Notes under the pieces: generated by a model | Database searches by the model: none | Seen by the model: only the letters and a program-made list of their open reading frames with translations | What the model was told of the DNA's origin: nothing | Program-made: the position numbers and the translations under genes | Assembly: GCF_006345805.1 (NCBI RefSeq) | Contig: NC_043012.1 | Location: 23,002,001-23,066,000 of the forward strand | Source of the DNA: Octopus sinensis | Lineage: Eukaryota | DNA length: 64,000 bases | Reading direction: 5' to 3' | Shown here: positions 1 to 12,562 of the stretch, piece after piece | Position numbering within the stretch: position 1 is the first letter of the stretch | Layout of the letters: each line of letters starts with the position of its first letter

Positions 1-953
1 GGCACCCAACTAAGTGTTTGTAAGTTTTTGTTTTTTTCTTTCAGAGTGTGAAGTTACAGGGAAAGAAAGAAAAAAACAAACAAACAAACAAACACATAAA
101 AACAAAAATAAAATAAAATAAAATAAATAAATTGAATGTATGAAGACATGAGTAATCAATAATCAAAACTGATATAAGAAAGATAAAATATCGGATGTTT
201 TAATCCATGAGTACACAGTCCTGCTATCTTCCCCCAATCATATAGTTTCCATTTCTTTAATCCATTCACTTACGGCAAAAATCTATAAACTTAAAACAGA
301 ATATTATTTTGAAATGAAATTCATTCAAGTGGCTAAATATATTTCCAGTTATTTTTTTAAAGGGAAATATTAATTTTTGTTTGTTTGTTTGTTTGTTGTG
401 AATTTTTCAAGTCTAATTTCTTTTTTAAAGGCAATTTCTTTTCTTCCCACCAAAATTTTGTACACACAATAGTTCACTGTGGTGCTGGTGGTATTGTTGT
501 TGCTGATAGTGGTTGTATTGGTACCAAGAGTGTTTTACTAAAATCTAAAATAAGGTCATGCTAATTCCACTATATTAGCTGTCTGTCTATCCCTTATCTC
601 TTTTACTTCTTTTAGCTCAAAAACTGTTGCCATGCTGGAGCACCACCTTTGGTGTTGCTATACTATCATAATTCTTCCTTTATTAGTTGGTATTTTCATG
701 AAAGGAAGTTTGATGTTACTACTCTCATTTGCATTTCCTTCTATGAAGCTGGTTCATCTCAAATTATTGGCAGCAGAATGCCCATTTCTGTTTTGAAGAC
801 ATCTTCATCCACCCTATGTAGGGCTCTCAAATCTTTTGGAAGATATTGAAGAGCCACTGGCCTTCAAATCCCATATTATTGCAGTATCTGGTCCTGTATT
901 TTAATGGCAAGGGTGGGATCTCTAGCACTATACAATGGTGTCTTGTTCTGATA

Positions 954-1184
954 AGGCGGCGAGCTGGCAGAAACGTTAGCACGCCGGGCGAAATGCTTAG
1001 CGGTATTTCGTCTACGTTACGTTGTGAGTTCAAATTCCGCCGAGGTCGACTTTGCCTTTCATCCTTTCGGGGTCGATAAATTAAGTACCAGTTATACACT
1101 GGGGTCGATGTAATCAACTTAATACCTATGTCTGTCCTTGTTTGTCCCCTCTGTGTTTAGCCCCTTGTGGGTAATAAAGAAATA
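954..1184 (+). mobile_element. tRNA-headed SINE, family A (tail type A1), full length with 17-bp TSD
   Basis: A-box-like GGCGAGCTGGCAGAAACGTTAGC, B-box GAGTTCAAATTCC, body ...CCTTTCATCCTTTCGGGGTCGATAAATTAAGTACCAG..., tail CCCCTTGTGGGTAATAAAGAAATA. Flanked by identical GGTGTCTTGTTCTGATA at 937-953 and 1185-1201. Many copies in the window. Confidence 0.92.
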
Positions 1185-1799
1185 GGTGTCTTGTTCTGAT
1201 ATTAGTATAACTTTCAATGCCAAAGTTCAGGACAAATCCTTCCAGGATCTCCCAGACGGATATCACAGCATATCTTACCTACTTTCTCTCCAGGGAGGCG
1301 TTGTTTTGAAATGACATTTGCTTTGCAGTTACCATGTTGACCACTGTGACATCACAACAACTCAGGTGCCTTTGAAGACATCTAGACATGGCCCCTGATT
1401 TAAGAATATATCAGCTTCATTCTACAGTAACCTATGAGTTTGTTTGTTATATTTTTCCTCTCTATCCCAACCCCCATCTCTACCCCAGCCTCAGAAGTCC
1501 TGAAAATGTCTTGCAAACTTCTTTTTCACTTCTTGCTAAGCCACAATAAATAAATAAATAAATAAAAGTTTGAAATGGAAGGTAGAGTAAGACACACAGA
1601 CAGAAATTTTACAGAGATAGAGTCAAGGTCATCACCCTCAACGTGATCACCTTCATCTTTTCACCTCTGCTTTCTCTGTTGGCATTGGTTGTTGTGTGAA
1701 TTAGTTTTCATTTGGAGTTACTGTCCATTCCTGCAGGAGTTGAAGTACAACCATGTCTGACTTTTCTTTGTTCCATTTTTGGTATAGTTTTATCTTTTT

Positions 1800-2045
1800 T
1801 TTTTACTTGATTTGGATATTTGACTGCCGCCATTCTAGACACCGCCTTGAAGGGGTCAGCCAAACAAATCAACCCCAGTACTTATCTTAAATCTGGTCCT
1901 TATATTGCTGGCCTCTTTTGCCAAACTGCTAAGTTACAGAGATGTAAACAAACCAATACTGGTTGTCAAGCAGTAGTGGGGGACAAACACAAAGACACAC
2001 ACACATATACATATATGTATATTACTATACATATGTGTGCGTGTG

Positions 2046-2078
<33 letters not shown>

Positions 2079-2238
2079 ATAGAATGAGCTCATTTCAGAT
2101 TCCCTCTACCAAATCCACTCACAAGGCTTTGGTCAGCCAGAGGCTATAGCAGAAGACACTTGCCCAAGGTGCTGCACAGTGGGACTGAACTTGAAACCAC
2201 ATGGTTGCAAAGGAAGCTTCTTAACCACACAGCCAGGC
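1800..2238 (-). mobile_element. SINE family B, diverged copy
   Basis: Reverse-complement match to the young family B copies at 14775 and 17326, with the internal (TA/TG) microsatellite. Confidence 0.85.
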
Positions 2239-2599
2239 CTAAACTAGACTTTGTTCTCATGCCAGAAATCAAACTTCAGTTGTCTGGGTGAAAGCCAGGA
2301 ATGAATTTGAATTATCAAATAAATTTATGAAATACGGAAATAAATTAAAAACAAATACAGGAGTTAGGAAGGAATACTGGTAACTGCAGTAAACAAATTA
2401 AAGAGGAGGATGGAACTGGTAAATGATGTTTATATTTTGTCCCCAACTCCATTTCCCCTCCTGTGGATTTAATTAAACATTCATTTTGAAATTTGAAGGA
2501 CATTACTGAAATATGACCGGCACCTGAAGACAGCAAACAACCAAGATTTGGACACTGGTCTGAATATCCTCATAAGCCATGTATCTTTCCTGTGTCCGG

Positions 2600-2975
2600 G
2601 GGTCAGCTGGTCAAAGCTCTGCCATTTCCTTTTTGTTGTATTGTATGCAAACAACCAGCCAAGTTCTCATCTCCAAACATCTTTGATGGCCTCTTGTTCT
2701 CTTCCTCTCCACACTTTCTTTCAGGATGGCCTTCCACAGTGAGTCATGGTGCATTGTGTGTCCAAAATATAATACTTTTGTGGATTTAATTCTCAACAAT
2801 TTGCTTGTCTTTCAACTTTCAGCTTTTCCCGTACTACACCATTGGCTACCCAGTCTTTCCAGCTTATCCTTCCAAATCTGCAAAAGGTCAACATCTCAAA
2901 GGCATCTGTCTTCTACATTGCTGCATATATTGCCCAAGTTTATGCACCACAGATGACAACTGGTACAATGTAGTT
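2600..2975 (-). pseudogene. RTE/BovB-like LINE ORF2 C-terminal remnant
   Basis: Minus-strand frames give PVVICGA..DAFEM..RISWKDWVAN..YFGHTMHHDSLWKAILKESVERKRTRGHQR, matching RTE C-terminal motifs (LYGCETW, AFEM, RISWKD, YFGH..R.DSL, EG.R.RGR). Contains stops and frameshifts. Confidence 0.8.
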
Positions 2976-3039
2976 CACTTGCTGCCATCTTTTGAAGATT
3001 TCTTTCACTTTTATAAATGTTGTTTTTTGAAGGTACATA

Positions 3040-3312
3040 GCCTAGCAACCAGGGTGTTACATTCACTATTGCCAAATCATGGGTTGGATTCCCAAACCGG
3101 GCAACACATTGTGTTCTTGAGCAAGACATTTCATTTCACATTGATCCACTCCACTTAGTGGCAAATGAGTAACTCTGCAGCAGAAAAGGTTTCTGATCTG
3201 GAAAAATGTTGGCCTACTTACCTAGTTGGCAAGGTGGCATCATTCAAAAGCTAAAACAATGCGAAACGCACTGTGACCAGTGATGTATAACAACATCTGA
3301 TAGTCTGATATC
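3040..3312 (+). mobile_element. SINE with family E head/core and family D-type tail
   Basis: Core TTGTGTTCTTGAGCAAGACATTTCATTTCAC as at 61239. 3' part AAAACAATGCGAAACGCACTGTGACCAGTGATGTATAACAACATCTGA matches the tail at 6410-6460. Confidence 0.75.
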
Positions 3313-3693
3313 GACACCTTGATAAATGTTGTTTCAGTCTTATTTATTCCTTGAGCAAATTCTTCAAAACAGAAACCTTCCAGATTTGTTATTTGATCTA
3401 AACACTTGCAGTTCTGTTACTTGTTCAAGTGTCTGCATTTCTATTAGCTTCCTTTTGTTTTTCTCTCTGTATCAGTGCATAATAACAACTAGAAGTTTAT
3501 TGTGAGATGATTGTCAACATAACACAGTGGTGGCAAAACTATGCTGGTGAGAGGAGAGACATGTCATGGGTTTTCAGGTAACATGCAGTATAAACTGTGA
3601 AACAAATATCTATCCCTCTGCAATATCCTAAAAAAAACTTTTTATAGGCTGTTACCTCAAACTGAAGTACATCATTACATATGAATGACACAT

Positions 3694-3710
3694 TAATAAT
3701 AATAATAATG

Positions 3711-3755
<45 letters not shown>
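3694..3755. repeat. (AAT)n microsatellite
   Basis: Direct reading. Confidence 0.95.
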
Positions 3756-3985
3756 GCTATTTCTTTACTACCCATACGGGGCTAAACATAGAGGGGACAA
3801 ACAAGGACAAACGGAATAAGTCGATTACATCGACCCCAGTGCGTAACTGGTACTTATTTAATTGACCGACCCCGAAAAGATGAAAGGCAAAGTTGACCTC
3901 GGCGGAATTTGAAGTCAGAACTTAGCGGCAGAGGAAATACCACTAAGCATTTCGCCCGGCATGCTAATGATTCTGCCAGATTGCC
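3756..3985 (-). mobile_element. SINE family A (A1) inserted in an (AAT)n run
   Basis: Reverse complement of the 954-1184 element, with (AAT)n on both sides. Confidence 0.9.
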
Positions 3986-4007
3986 AATAATAATAATAAT
4001 AATAATA

Positions 4008-4420
4008 GTTTTAATGTTCACTTTTCAATGTTGTCATGGGATGGACAGAGTTTGTCGGGGCAGATTTAGACCGATTTCCTGTGGTCGGATGCCCTTCTTG
4101 TCACTAACCCTCACCTCTTTCCAAGCAAGGTAATATTTCCCCATGGCCAGACATGTTTTTGAAGAATACTGGAAATGAATGACACCGCTTGTATAACAGT
4201 GACACTCATTTACAATTATCATGGAATATCAAGACAATGAGACACTCACACACACACACATGCATGCATGCACATAAACAGGCTTCCATATAGCTTTTAT
4301 CTACCAGATTTACTCACAAGGTTTCGGTCAGCCTGGAGCCCAAGGTGCCAAGCAATGGGAATAAACCCAGAGCTATATGGTTGAGAAGCAAGCTTCTTAC
4401 CATTCAGCCTCACCTGTAGC
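4008..4420 (-). mobile_element. SINE family F (family-B-type head, RTE-type tail)
   Basis: Head at about 4290-4420 resembles family B. 3' end (TTAATGTTCACTTTTC..GGATGCCCTTC) resembles the RTE tail. Sister copy at 40272-40632. Confidence 0.7.
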
Positions 4421-4526
4421 TATCAATTATTAAAAGAATTAAAATTCTGACACATCAGGCTCAAAGTTTCAGCAAACCACTGATATAACTAATTCAGAGA
4501 AACAAAGATGGAGTTAAAGTTTAATA

Positions 4527-4726
4527 ATGGTTTCAAATTCAGGCACAAAGCCAGCAAGTTTGGGGGATTAAGTCAATTACATTGACCCCAGTACTCAACT
4601 GGTACTTATTTCATCGGTCCTGAAAGGATGAAGGGCAAAGTCAACCATGGCAGAATTTGAACTCAGAACATAAAGACAAATGAAATGCCACTAAGTATTT
4701 TGCCGGCCATGCTAACGATTCAACCA
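4527..4726 (-). mobile_element. SINE family A (tail type A2), diverged
   Basis: Family A body on the minus strand with the alternative tail (..TGCTGGCTTTGTGCCTGAATTTGAAACC). Confidence 0.8.
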
Positions 4727-4758
4727 TGTTGTAAAGTCTGATAATAAATTCATTATTA

Positions 4759-5124
4759 GCAATGGAGTGGCTGTGTGGTAAGTAGCTTGTTTACCAACCA
4801 CATGGTTCCGGGTTCATTCTACTATAGCCTCGGGCCGACCAAAGCCTTGTGAGTGGATTTGGTAGACGGAAACTGGAAGAAGCCCATTGTATATATGTAT
4901 ATATATGTATGTGTGTATATGTTTGTGTGTCTGTGTTTGTCCCCCCACCATTACTTGACAACCGATGGTGGTGTGTTTACATCCCCGTAACTTAGCGGTT
5001 CAGCAAAAGAGACTGATAGAATAAGTACTAGGCTTACAAAGAATAAGTTCTGGGGTCGACTTACTCGACTAAAGGTGGTGCTTCAGCATGGCCACAGTCA
5101 AATGACTGAAACAAGTAAAAGAAT
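4759..5124 (+). mobile_element. SINE family B with small internal deletion
   Basis: GGAGTGGCTGTGTGGTAAGTAGCTTG head through GACTGAAACAAGTAAAAGAAT tail; about 30 bp missing after GGGTTCA. Confidence 0.9.
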
Positions 5125-5428
5125 GGTAAGAGGTGGTGAGCTGACAGAGTCGAAGCATGCCAGGCAAAATGCTGAACAGCATTTCATCCATTTTATGTTC
5201 TAGGTTCAAATACTACCGAGGCCAACTTTGCCTGTTATTCTTTCAGGGGCAATGAAATAAGTACCAGTCATGTACTGGGATTGATGTAATTGACTAGTCC
5301 ACTTCCCCAAAATTTCAGATCTTGCGCCTGTAGTAAAAAAGCTTCGACTCTGTCAGCTCACCACCTCTTACCATTCTTTTACTTGTTTCAGTCATTTGAC
5401 TGCGGCCATGCTGAAGTACCACCTTTAG
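5069..5428. repeat. 88-bp inverted duplication (arms 5069-5156 and 5341-5428)
   Basis: Arms are reverse complements at 86 of 88 positions by direct reading. Confidence 0.95.
5131..5340 (+). mobile_element. SINE family A (A2), diverged
   Basis: GGTGGTGAGCTGACAGAGTCG head, GTTCAAATA B-box, AAAATTTCAG..TTGCGCC.GTAGTAAAA tail. Confidence 0.8.
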
Positions 5429-5824
5429 CATGATGAAATCACCAAAAATGGGATCATTGGATTTATTTGTATACTATTTCTAGTAAGAGATTCTGTGAAT
5501 TATTTTGGAACTTTTCTTTAACTGCAAATCAAAGCTAAGAATAATCGAAAAGTTTTGCGTTGGTTTGATTTGCCAAACTAAGAAGACATTGCGAGTGAGT
5601 TTGTAAAGAAATGAAGGTGAAAATGAAAGTAGAAACCAAATGAAGAGAACAGAAAACTATAAAATGGGCAGAATATGAACATGTACAAATGTGCATGCAT
5701 GTTAGTATACACACGCACAAATACAGATATACATAGATATTCAGATTCTGGGCCTCATTGAGGAAATGACAAGGGAGCAAGGGATTTGTTCTGCTTGACA
5801 AAACACATCAGGCTTGTCCTTTCA

Positions 5825-6070
5825 GGTGCCAGTGTCACTTAAAAATAACACCTGTGCCAGTACTGCATTAATGCACTCGTGCCAGTGGCACTTAGAAAAA
5901 ACACCCAGAACACTCTGTTAAGTGGTTGGCATTAGGGAGGACATACAACCATAGGAACCATGTCACAAAAAGATAGTTTGGAGTCTGGACAGTTTCCTGC
6001 TAACCATCTCCGTGCCAAACCATCCAACCAATGCCAACACAGAAAGTAGACGTTAAATGATGTTGACGAC
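5825..6070 (+). mobile_element. RTE LINE 3' end (family C), old
   Basis: GTGGTTGGCATTAGG..GACGTTAAATGATGTTGACGAC tail and decayed GTGCCAGTGGCAC modules. Confidence 0.75.
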
Positions 6071-6073
6071 AAG

Positions 6074-6119
<46 letters not shown>

Positions 6120-6146
6120 GTGTGTGTGTGTATGTGTATAAATATG

Positions 6147-6178
<32 letters not shown>

Positions 6179-6209
6179 GGTATATATATATAAATATATA
6201 TATAAATAT

Positions 6210-6475
6210 GAAGGCGCAATGGCCCAGTAGTTAGGGCAGCGGACTCGTGGTCGTAGGATCGCAGTTTCGATTCCCAGACCGGGCGTTTTGTGTGTTTATT
6301 GAGCGAAAACACCTGAGAGCTCCACAAGGCTCTGGCAGGGAGTGGTGATCCCTGCTGTACTTTTTCACCACTCTTTCTCTCACTCTTTCTTCTGTCGGCC
6401 TGCTCACTAAAACAATGTGAACGCATTGTGATCAGCGATGTGTAGCAACATCTGATGGTCTAGTCAGTCACGTGA
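6210..6475 (+). mobile_element. tRNA-headed SINE family D
   Basis: GGCGCAATGGCCCAGTAGTTAGGGC (A box), GTTTCGATTCCC (B box), then a non-tRNA body and a tail shared with 3040-3312. Confidence 0.8.
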
Positions 6476-6550
6476 GATATATATATATATGTGTGTGTGT
6501 GGATGCATGTATATATATGTATGTATGTATATACATGTGCACCATTGAAA

Positions 6551-6965
6551 AGGCAGTGAGCTAATAGAAACAAACTGCATAATGGCATTCCTTCCAGCTC
6601 CTTACACTCTGAGTTCAAATGTTTTGGGGTTGATAAAATAAAATACCTATTTCTTTACTACCCACAAGGAGCTAAACACAGAGAGGACAAACAAGGACAG
6701 ACAAACGGATTAAGTTGATTATATCGATCCCAGTGTGTAACTGGTACTTATTTAATCGACCCCGAAAGGATGAAAGGCAAAGTCAACCTCAGCGGAATTT
6801 GAACTCAGAACATAACGGCAGACGAAATATCACTAAGCATTTTGCCCGGCATACTAACGTTTCTGCCAGCTCGCCACCTTTTGAAATAAAATACCAGTCA
6901 AGTATTGGGGGACCAACATAATCAACTTGCCCCCTCCCCTCAAAAACGTTACTGACCTTGAACCC
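6551..6965. mobile_element. Nested SINEs: young A1 copy (6648-6883, minus) inside an older A2 copy (plus)
   Basis: 12-bp TSD AAATAAAATACC at 6636-6647 and 6884-6895. The host head lies before and the host tail after the insert. Confidence 0.85.
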
Positions 6966-8632
6966 TGCAATGAATTTGGCATCCAGTTCGAGGGGTGGGG
7001 TTGTTGTAATGATCTCAGTCATTTATAAACCACAGAAACTGGGTGACCATCCTTATGTGTTTCAAGGCTCAACAATAACAACAACAAAAAAAGAACCAAA
7101 AAAAAAACAAAACAAAAAAAAAAAAACCTACTGAAGCTGATAACAAAATATGAGACTTTAGACATATGATCAGATTGTTACAAGCAATTGTGAGAGACAC
7201 GACATAGATAATTTCTAAAAGGGGTTGACGATGATTGGCAGAAAGTATGTGGGAGTTATTATAATTTATTGCTTTGCAAGAAAGAAGGATTGCGACGTAA
7301 TAACAAAAGAGATAAATGGTGAGATATAAACAACAATTTTTACTTCCTGCACTATAGCACCGAGTTTAGTTCTCCACCACTTAATTTCATTGCTTTGAAT
7401 TCTTCATTCTCCTTTAATAAAAGGTTATTTTATCTTTCACTCTCTCTTTCCTGATTTTGAAGGAAAGAGTAGCAAGGATTAAAGAAATTGCATGGGAAAG
7501 AAATACAGAAAGGTTGAGTGTAGTTCAAGCCAGATAAAAGATATTAAACAGTAATGGGCTGAAAAGTTGAAATAAATTCTAGCAGAATATTATTTTGAGA
7601 AAGACAAGCCAGCCAACAGAGTAATAACATGAAGAGAAGAGAGAGAGAGAGAGAGAGAAAAAGAGATGGAGAGAGGGAGAGGAAAAAACAGTGAGAGAAA
7701 GAGGAAGAAGTGAAACAGTCCTAACATTGTGGTATATAAAGTTAAAGAAGGCAGACTGGTATAGTAACAAGAGGAGAAGTGAAACAAAGTGGAGCCGTGC
7801 TATTTGGAGGAGGACAGAGGAAGTTGAGCTATGAGTAATTATATAAACAAGAATTCTCTCCTGACAGACAGAGAGAAAGGAGAAAAGAGGATCAAGCTGA
7901 AACAGATAGCAAGGGGGTATGGAGTTAGGGTGAGACGAGGCCAGGGGTATACAGTAGAGAAGGATTTAATCAATGTTTAGTTGTACATTCATTCACATTC
8001 ACTGCAGCTAATTTTGTTCTTTACTTTCTTTATGACCCGACTCATGGCTACTTTCACTTTCTCCTTCTTCGCCTCCTCTTCCTCCTCCTCCACCTCCGCC
8101 GCCTCCTCCTCCACCACTCCTTCACTCTTTCTTGCAGACATTCACTACTTTCAGCACTACTTTTACTATCACTAACTATTTATACATAAATGCATCCATA
8201 TATATAATTTAACTACGTACTCAAACACACACACACACACGTATATATCTGCAAAGGGAATAAAACGATATTAAGACGTATACACATCCACAAACAAACA
8301 TAAATAAATACAACTACGCAAATATTAATATATGTCTAAAAACACGAGGCCTGCTTTGGGGAGACACATTCAAATAAAATACACATTTATACAAATTTAT
8401 GAAAACAGAAATTCTCTCGCTAAAGTCTACAATAGAGAGAGAAATCAACAAACAAACATAAATGCACATGGAAGGCCATGAGTTCACTTTCCAAATCTAT
8501 ACAAATGATTACTTTATTGTAACTAGTGGACTGCATGGCTGGTTGGTGGGTTGGGCGGCTGTAGGTTAGCTGGATGGCTGGCAGAGTTGGTGGGTTGGCC
8601 AACTATCTCTGGGTATGCAAAGCAAGTTGTCT

Positions 8633-8646
8633 GTTGCCATGGTAAT
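8633..8646. promoter_or_regulatory. RFX X-box motif GTTGCCATGGTAAT
   Basis: Matches the palindromic X-box consensus GTNNCCATGGNAAC and lies in unique sequence. Confidence 0.45.
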
Positions 8647-9825
8647 AAAAGCTACTTCTCTTCCAGCCTACCCTTCAGCAGATACCCTTTTGTCTATAGC
8701 GGTCAGTCGGTCAGTGTGATGCTGTCTGCAGATACTGCAGTGGTGGGTTATTATCAGTTGAAATCTTCTTTATCATTTGAACCAAAACTAAAGTTCTCAG
8801 TGTTGTCTCTCAGAGCCAGCCACTACCAATCTCATTCAAATTAACCAACTAGCCAAAGTTTATTGTTCGCAAAATAATTCTATGTTAGGGTTTTAGTGAA
8901 AAGCAAAAGAATAAAAACAATGAATACAAACAAACAAATAACAATAATAATAATAATAACAATAACAATAATAATAATAATAATTAAAACCTCGGGTATT
9001 AGAAATATTTCAGTTATAAACAAAAATTCAAATTCTTCTAAATCCATTGTTTGAATTTCCATCGAATTCTACATATCAATGGATTTTTCAGTCAGTGGCA
9101 AGTAATAATTATTGTCTTTGAGAGAAGTGTGATAATATAAAATAAAAACAAAGAAAAACAATGATGATAAAAGGATAGAATGTTACAACATCGATGAAGA
9201 AATTAAAATTTGGTTCTTAATTGATAGTATTGAATCTCTTTCTAGCCTTTGTCCATCTGCTTCTTGGTGTTCTGTTTCATTTAATAGTAAAGGTCACCAA
9301 ATCGAAATTTAAATTTCTTCTTCAGACCTAAAATTTTTAAGACCAGATTCATAAGAGTGATGAATATTTCTATACTATTTTTTTTTCTTCGTTATTTTCA
9401 TTTATTCATTTTAATCATCAAGGGTGTAAAGAAAGCAAACTTAAAATGTCAAATCCGAGGAAACGAATTTGCCTTTTCTTTCAAATTAATATCCTTTTCT
9501 TTTCAAACAAACTAAAAGTCTTCACCTCATAAAAATGTTTTATGTAGGAAACCTTAAATGGCTTGTAAGTGATACCATATCCCTAGATGTACAGATTAGA
9601 AAAAGGGAGGAAAAGGGTTCAGTGTTACAATGCGTAATACACCTGGATCAAAGAAAGACAATGTGATAAGATTGCTGTGATACTGCTTTCATTAACAGTT
9701 CATATGATGGGAAAGTTCTTGTTCTTACTTAATGGAAAGTTGAGTGGAAATTTTTAATTGTTGATTACAATGGTCTTTATATAAACCTCTTGTCATTACT
9801 TGTTACAACCGCTTATTCAAGAAAT

Positions 9826-10145
9826 AGGTGAAAGCATGGTTGCATGGCTATAAAATTTGTTTAGCAACTGTGTGGGTTTGATTTCAGTCCCTCTATGTGG
9901 CACCTTGGGCAAGTGTGTTCAATGCCTTGCAAGTGGATTTGGTAGATGGAAACTGTGTGGAAACCTATATGTGTGTGTGTGTGTCATCGTGTTTGTCACA
10001 CATACCCAATGCTTGACACCAGAGTTGGTTTGTTTACATCTCTGTAATTTAGCAGTTTGGCAAAAGAGACTGATAGAATAAGTACCAGACTTTAATAAAA
10101 AAAAAAACTGAGGTCAATTAGTTCAACGAAAACCTTTCAGTGCAA
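9826..10145 (+). mobile_element. SINE family B, old
   Basis: GGCACCTTGGGCAAGTG, GTGGATTTGGTAGATGGAAACTG and GGCAAAAGAGACTGATAGAATAAGTACC blocks. Confidence 0.8.
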
Positions 10146-10287
10146 TTATTGATACAAGTAAAAAATAAAGGGTAAAAAAAAACTCCAACATGACCAGAGT
10201 TCTTCATTCCAGAAGATTTAACACAATCTCTTCTCAATAAGTGACAGTCATAGAAGCGAAAGAATGGTTCCATATGTTGTTCTGTGA

Positions 10288-10597
10288 AGGCTTAATGGTA
10301 AGCATATTCAGTAAACAGTCATAAGGTCATATCTTCAAAACCTGATGGTTCATAGTGTCCTTGAGCAAGGCACTTTATTTCATGTTGCCCCAGTCCACTC
10401 AGCTGGCAAAAGTGGGTCGTACTTCAAAGGGCCAGCCTTGTCACATTCTGTGTCACGCTGAATCTCCCTGAGGACTACATAAAGGGTCCTCATGTCTGTG
10501 GAGTGCTCAGCCATTTGCACGTTAATTTTTACAAGCAGACTGTTCTCTCAATCAGATCAACTGGAACCCTCATCATCGTAACCAATGGACTCCCAGT
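10288..10597 (+). mobile_element. SINE family E (tail variant 2)
   Basis: Core GTGTCCTTGAGCAAGGCACTTTATTTC..CAGTCCACTCAGCTGGCAAAA; sister copy at 38331-38590. Confidence 0.8.
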
Positions 10598-11191
10598 TAA
10601 TGTCTGTTCAATATTTTCTTGTCAATGTTCCTGGGCAAACTACCTGTCTTTCATAGAGTTCTTACCACATGAAGTAATCTTATTCTTTACAAATTGAACC
10701 ATTTATAAGAATAAATACCCTGAAGGTTATCAACATTAAACTGGTGATTGAGGTGACTGTAAAACACCAGCTCATCACTTACAGTATTTCCCAGCATACA
10801 AACCATTGTAGCATATCATGTGAGCAGGTAAACATTGAAACATTATCACAATCTTTCTACACCCTGCTGCATTTCACATGGAATTTTGGATCCTTCTAAG
10901 TTGTCTTCATTTATAAGTCAACCTAACTTTTTTGGTTGTAAATTTGTGTCTGTAAAATTTGACTTGTATGTTGGAAAATATGGTAGAAATAATACCAAAT
11001 GAAATCTATGGGCCAGGTTCTTCAATCTTTGAAACAATCGGTTAAAGAATGGAACTTTAAGGTAGTGTCATTGGAACTACATAGAAAATATTGAATTATA
11101 GACACTTTTATTAATGGAATAATATCACAGGGATAAAACAGACAACTCAAGAATAAATGTCTTAGACTTGGCACTAAAGAATGATGATAAT

Positions 11192-11390
11192 GATCATTAT
11201 TTAACACCTGGCTTTCAAGACAGCAAAGTTGAACAGTGTGACAGGAGATGAGAAGTCAAAGGACAGCCTCTTGCATGCATGTCTAACTAGACACCTATCC
11301 TGTGGCTAGATGCCCTTCCTGACATCAACCACATTAAAGAGTGTATTGAGGGCTTTTAGTTATTTTTGTGTGGCACCAGCATGAGTGTTG
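11192..11390 (-). mobile_element. RTE-type 3' end, old
   Basis: CATTATTTAACACC..GCTAGATGCCCTTCCTGACATCAACCAC motif. Confidence 0.65.
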
Positions 11391-12292
11391 ATTATCTCAT
11401 AGCATGTAAGACCAAAGGTCTAAAGTAGATTCTATAACTGCAAGAGAATAGAAGAGTGTGGGCAATGATTCTAGATAAAAAAGCATGGCAAGGAACAGGA
11501 GTGGCATTAGTGATAGGGTCAAGGAAATGATAGTGTTTGAGATGTGTTCATAAACATAGCTATTGTTACAGAGGGGGACACAGAACAGTGACCTATTTCT
11601 GTAGCTGCTTCTTCAAGGAATTGTCGCTGAGCAGGGTAAGGGAGGGTTAGGTTGGGGAGTCTAAGATAGCCATGATTGCAGAAATTGTCCAGTTAGAAAA
11701 TGCCATATGACACATGTGCAAGAAGAAAGCCATTTCTCTCAGATGTGTAAATCATATTAAACACTTAGGTCACCAATATAATAAACCAGGTAAACCAATC
11801 TCCAAGACATTAATTATGTCAACTTTGTTAAGTTCTGCTTTATTAGAACATCCTTTGTCTCATGGACTTCTTAATGTTGTAATTAATCATCAATCAAAGC
11901 AGGCTTTTGGTTGACAGTGAAAATGCTGGCAATTTCAGCCAAGCTAATATGACTAAATGAAATGCTTTAGTCATTAAACCAGCCAGAGGCAACACTGTTA
12001 TGATATGGATACAGCTTAACTCCAACACTAAAAGAATATGTGAAATTGATATGAAATATGCAGGAAGACGGACAACAAACAACATTCACTATTAGTTAGA
12101 TGCTGTCTCTGCTCAGATTTAATATTAGCAGGATAGAGCTTCCTGTCCCAGTTATACTCCCATTACATTTAGATTAATGGTCTAGAACTCTGGATACTTC
12201 TGGCAAATTTTCCTGCCTAAAGATTCTGTCAGTTTCCCTTTCCATTAGCTTAGTTCAAACCTCAAAACTTAATTAAAAGTAGTCTGAAGATT

Positions 12293-12541
12293 GGTGCCGA
12301 TGGCACGTAAAAAGCACCATCCGTCCGTGGCCGTTTGCCAGCTCCGTCTGGCACCTGTGCGGGTGGCACGTAAAAAGCACCCACTACACTCACGGAGTGG
12401 TTGGCGTTAGAAAGGGCACCCAGCCATAGAAACACTGCCAGATCAGACTGGGCCTGATGCAGCCTTCTGGCTTCACAGACCCCAGTTGAACCATCCAACC
12501 CATGCTAGCATGGAAAGCGGACGCTAAATGATGATGATGAT
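12293..12541 (+). mobile_element. RTE LINE 3' end (family C), young, two modules
   Basis: GGCACGTAAAAAGCACC twice, GTGGTTGGCGTTAG.AAGGGCA, TAAATGATGATGATGA tail. Confidence 0.9.
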
Positions 12542-12562
12542 TCTGCTGTTACATTGTTCAGA

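Noticed and set aside
827-1117. Recurrent similar ORFs (MITSTPV.NWYLI..RKDERQSRPRRNLNS; also 6715, 30842, 59056)
   Set aside because: This is the antisense translation of SINE family A, not a gene family.
6210-6290. tRNA-like sequences at SINE heads (also 61239 and the A and B heads)
   Set aside because: A and B boxes are present, but no complete cloverleaf is evident and each continues into a repeat body, so they are not tRNA genes.
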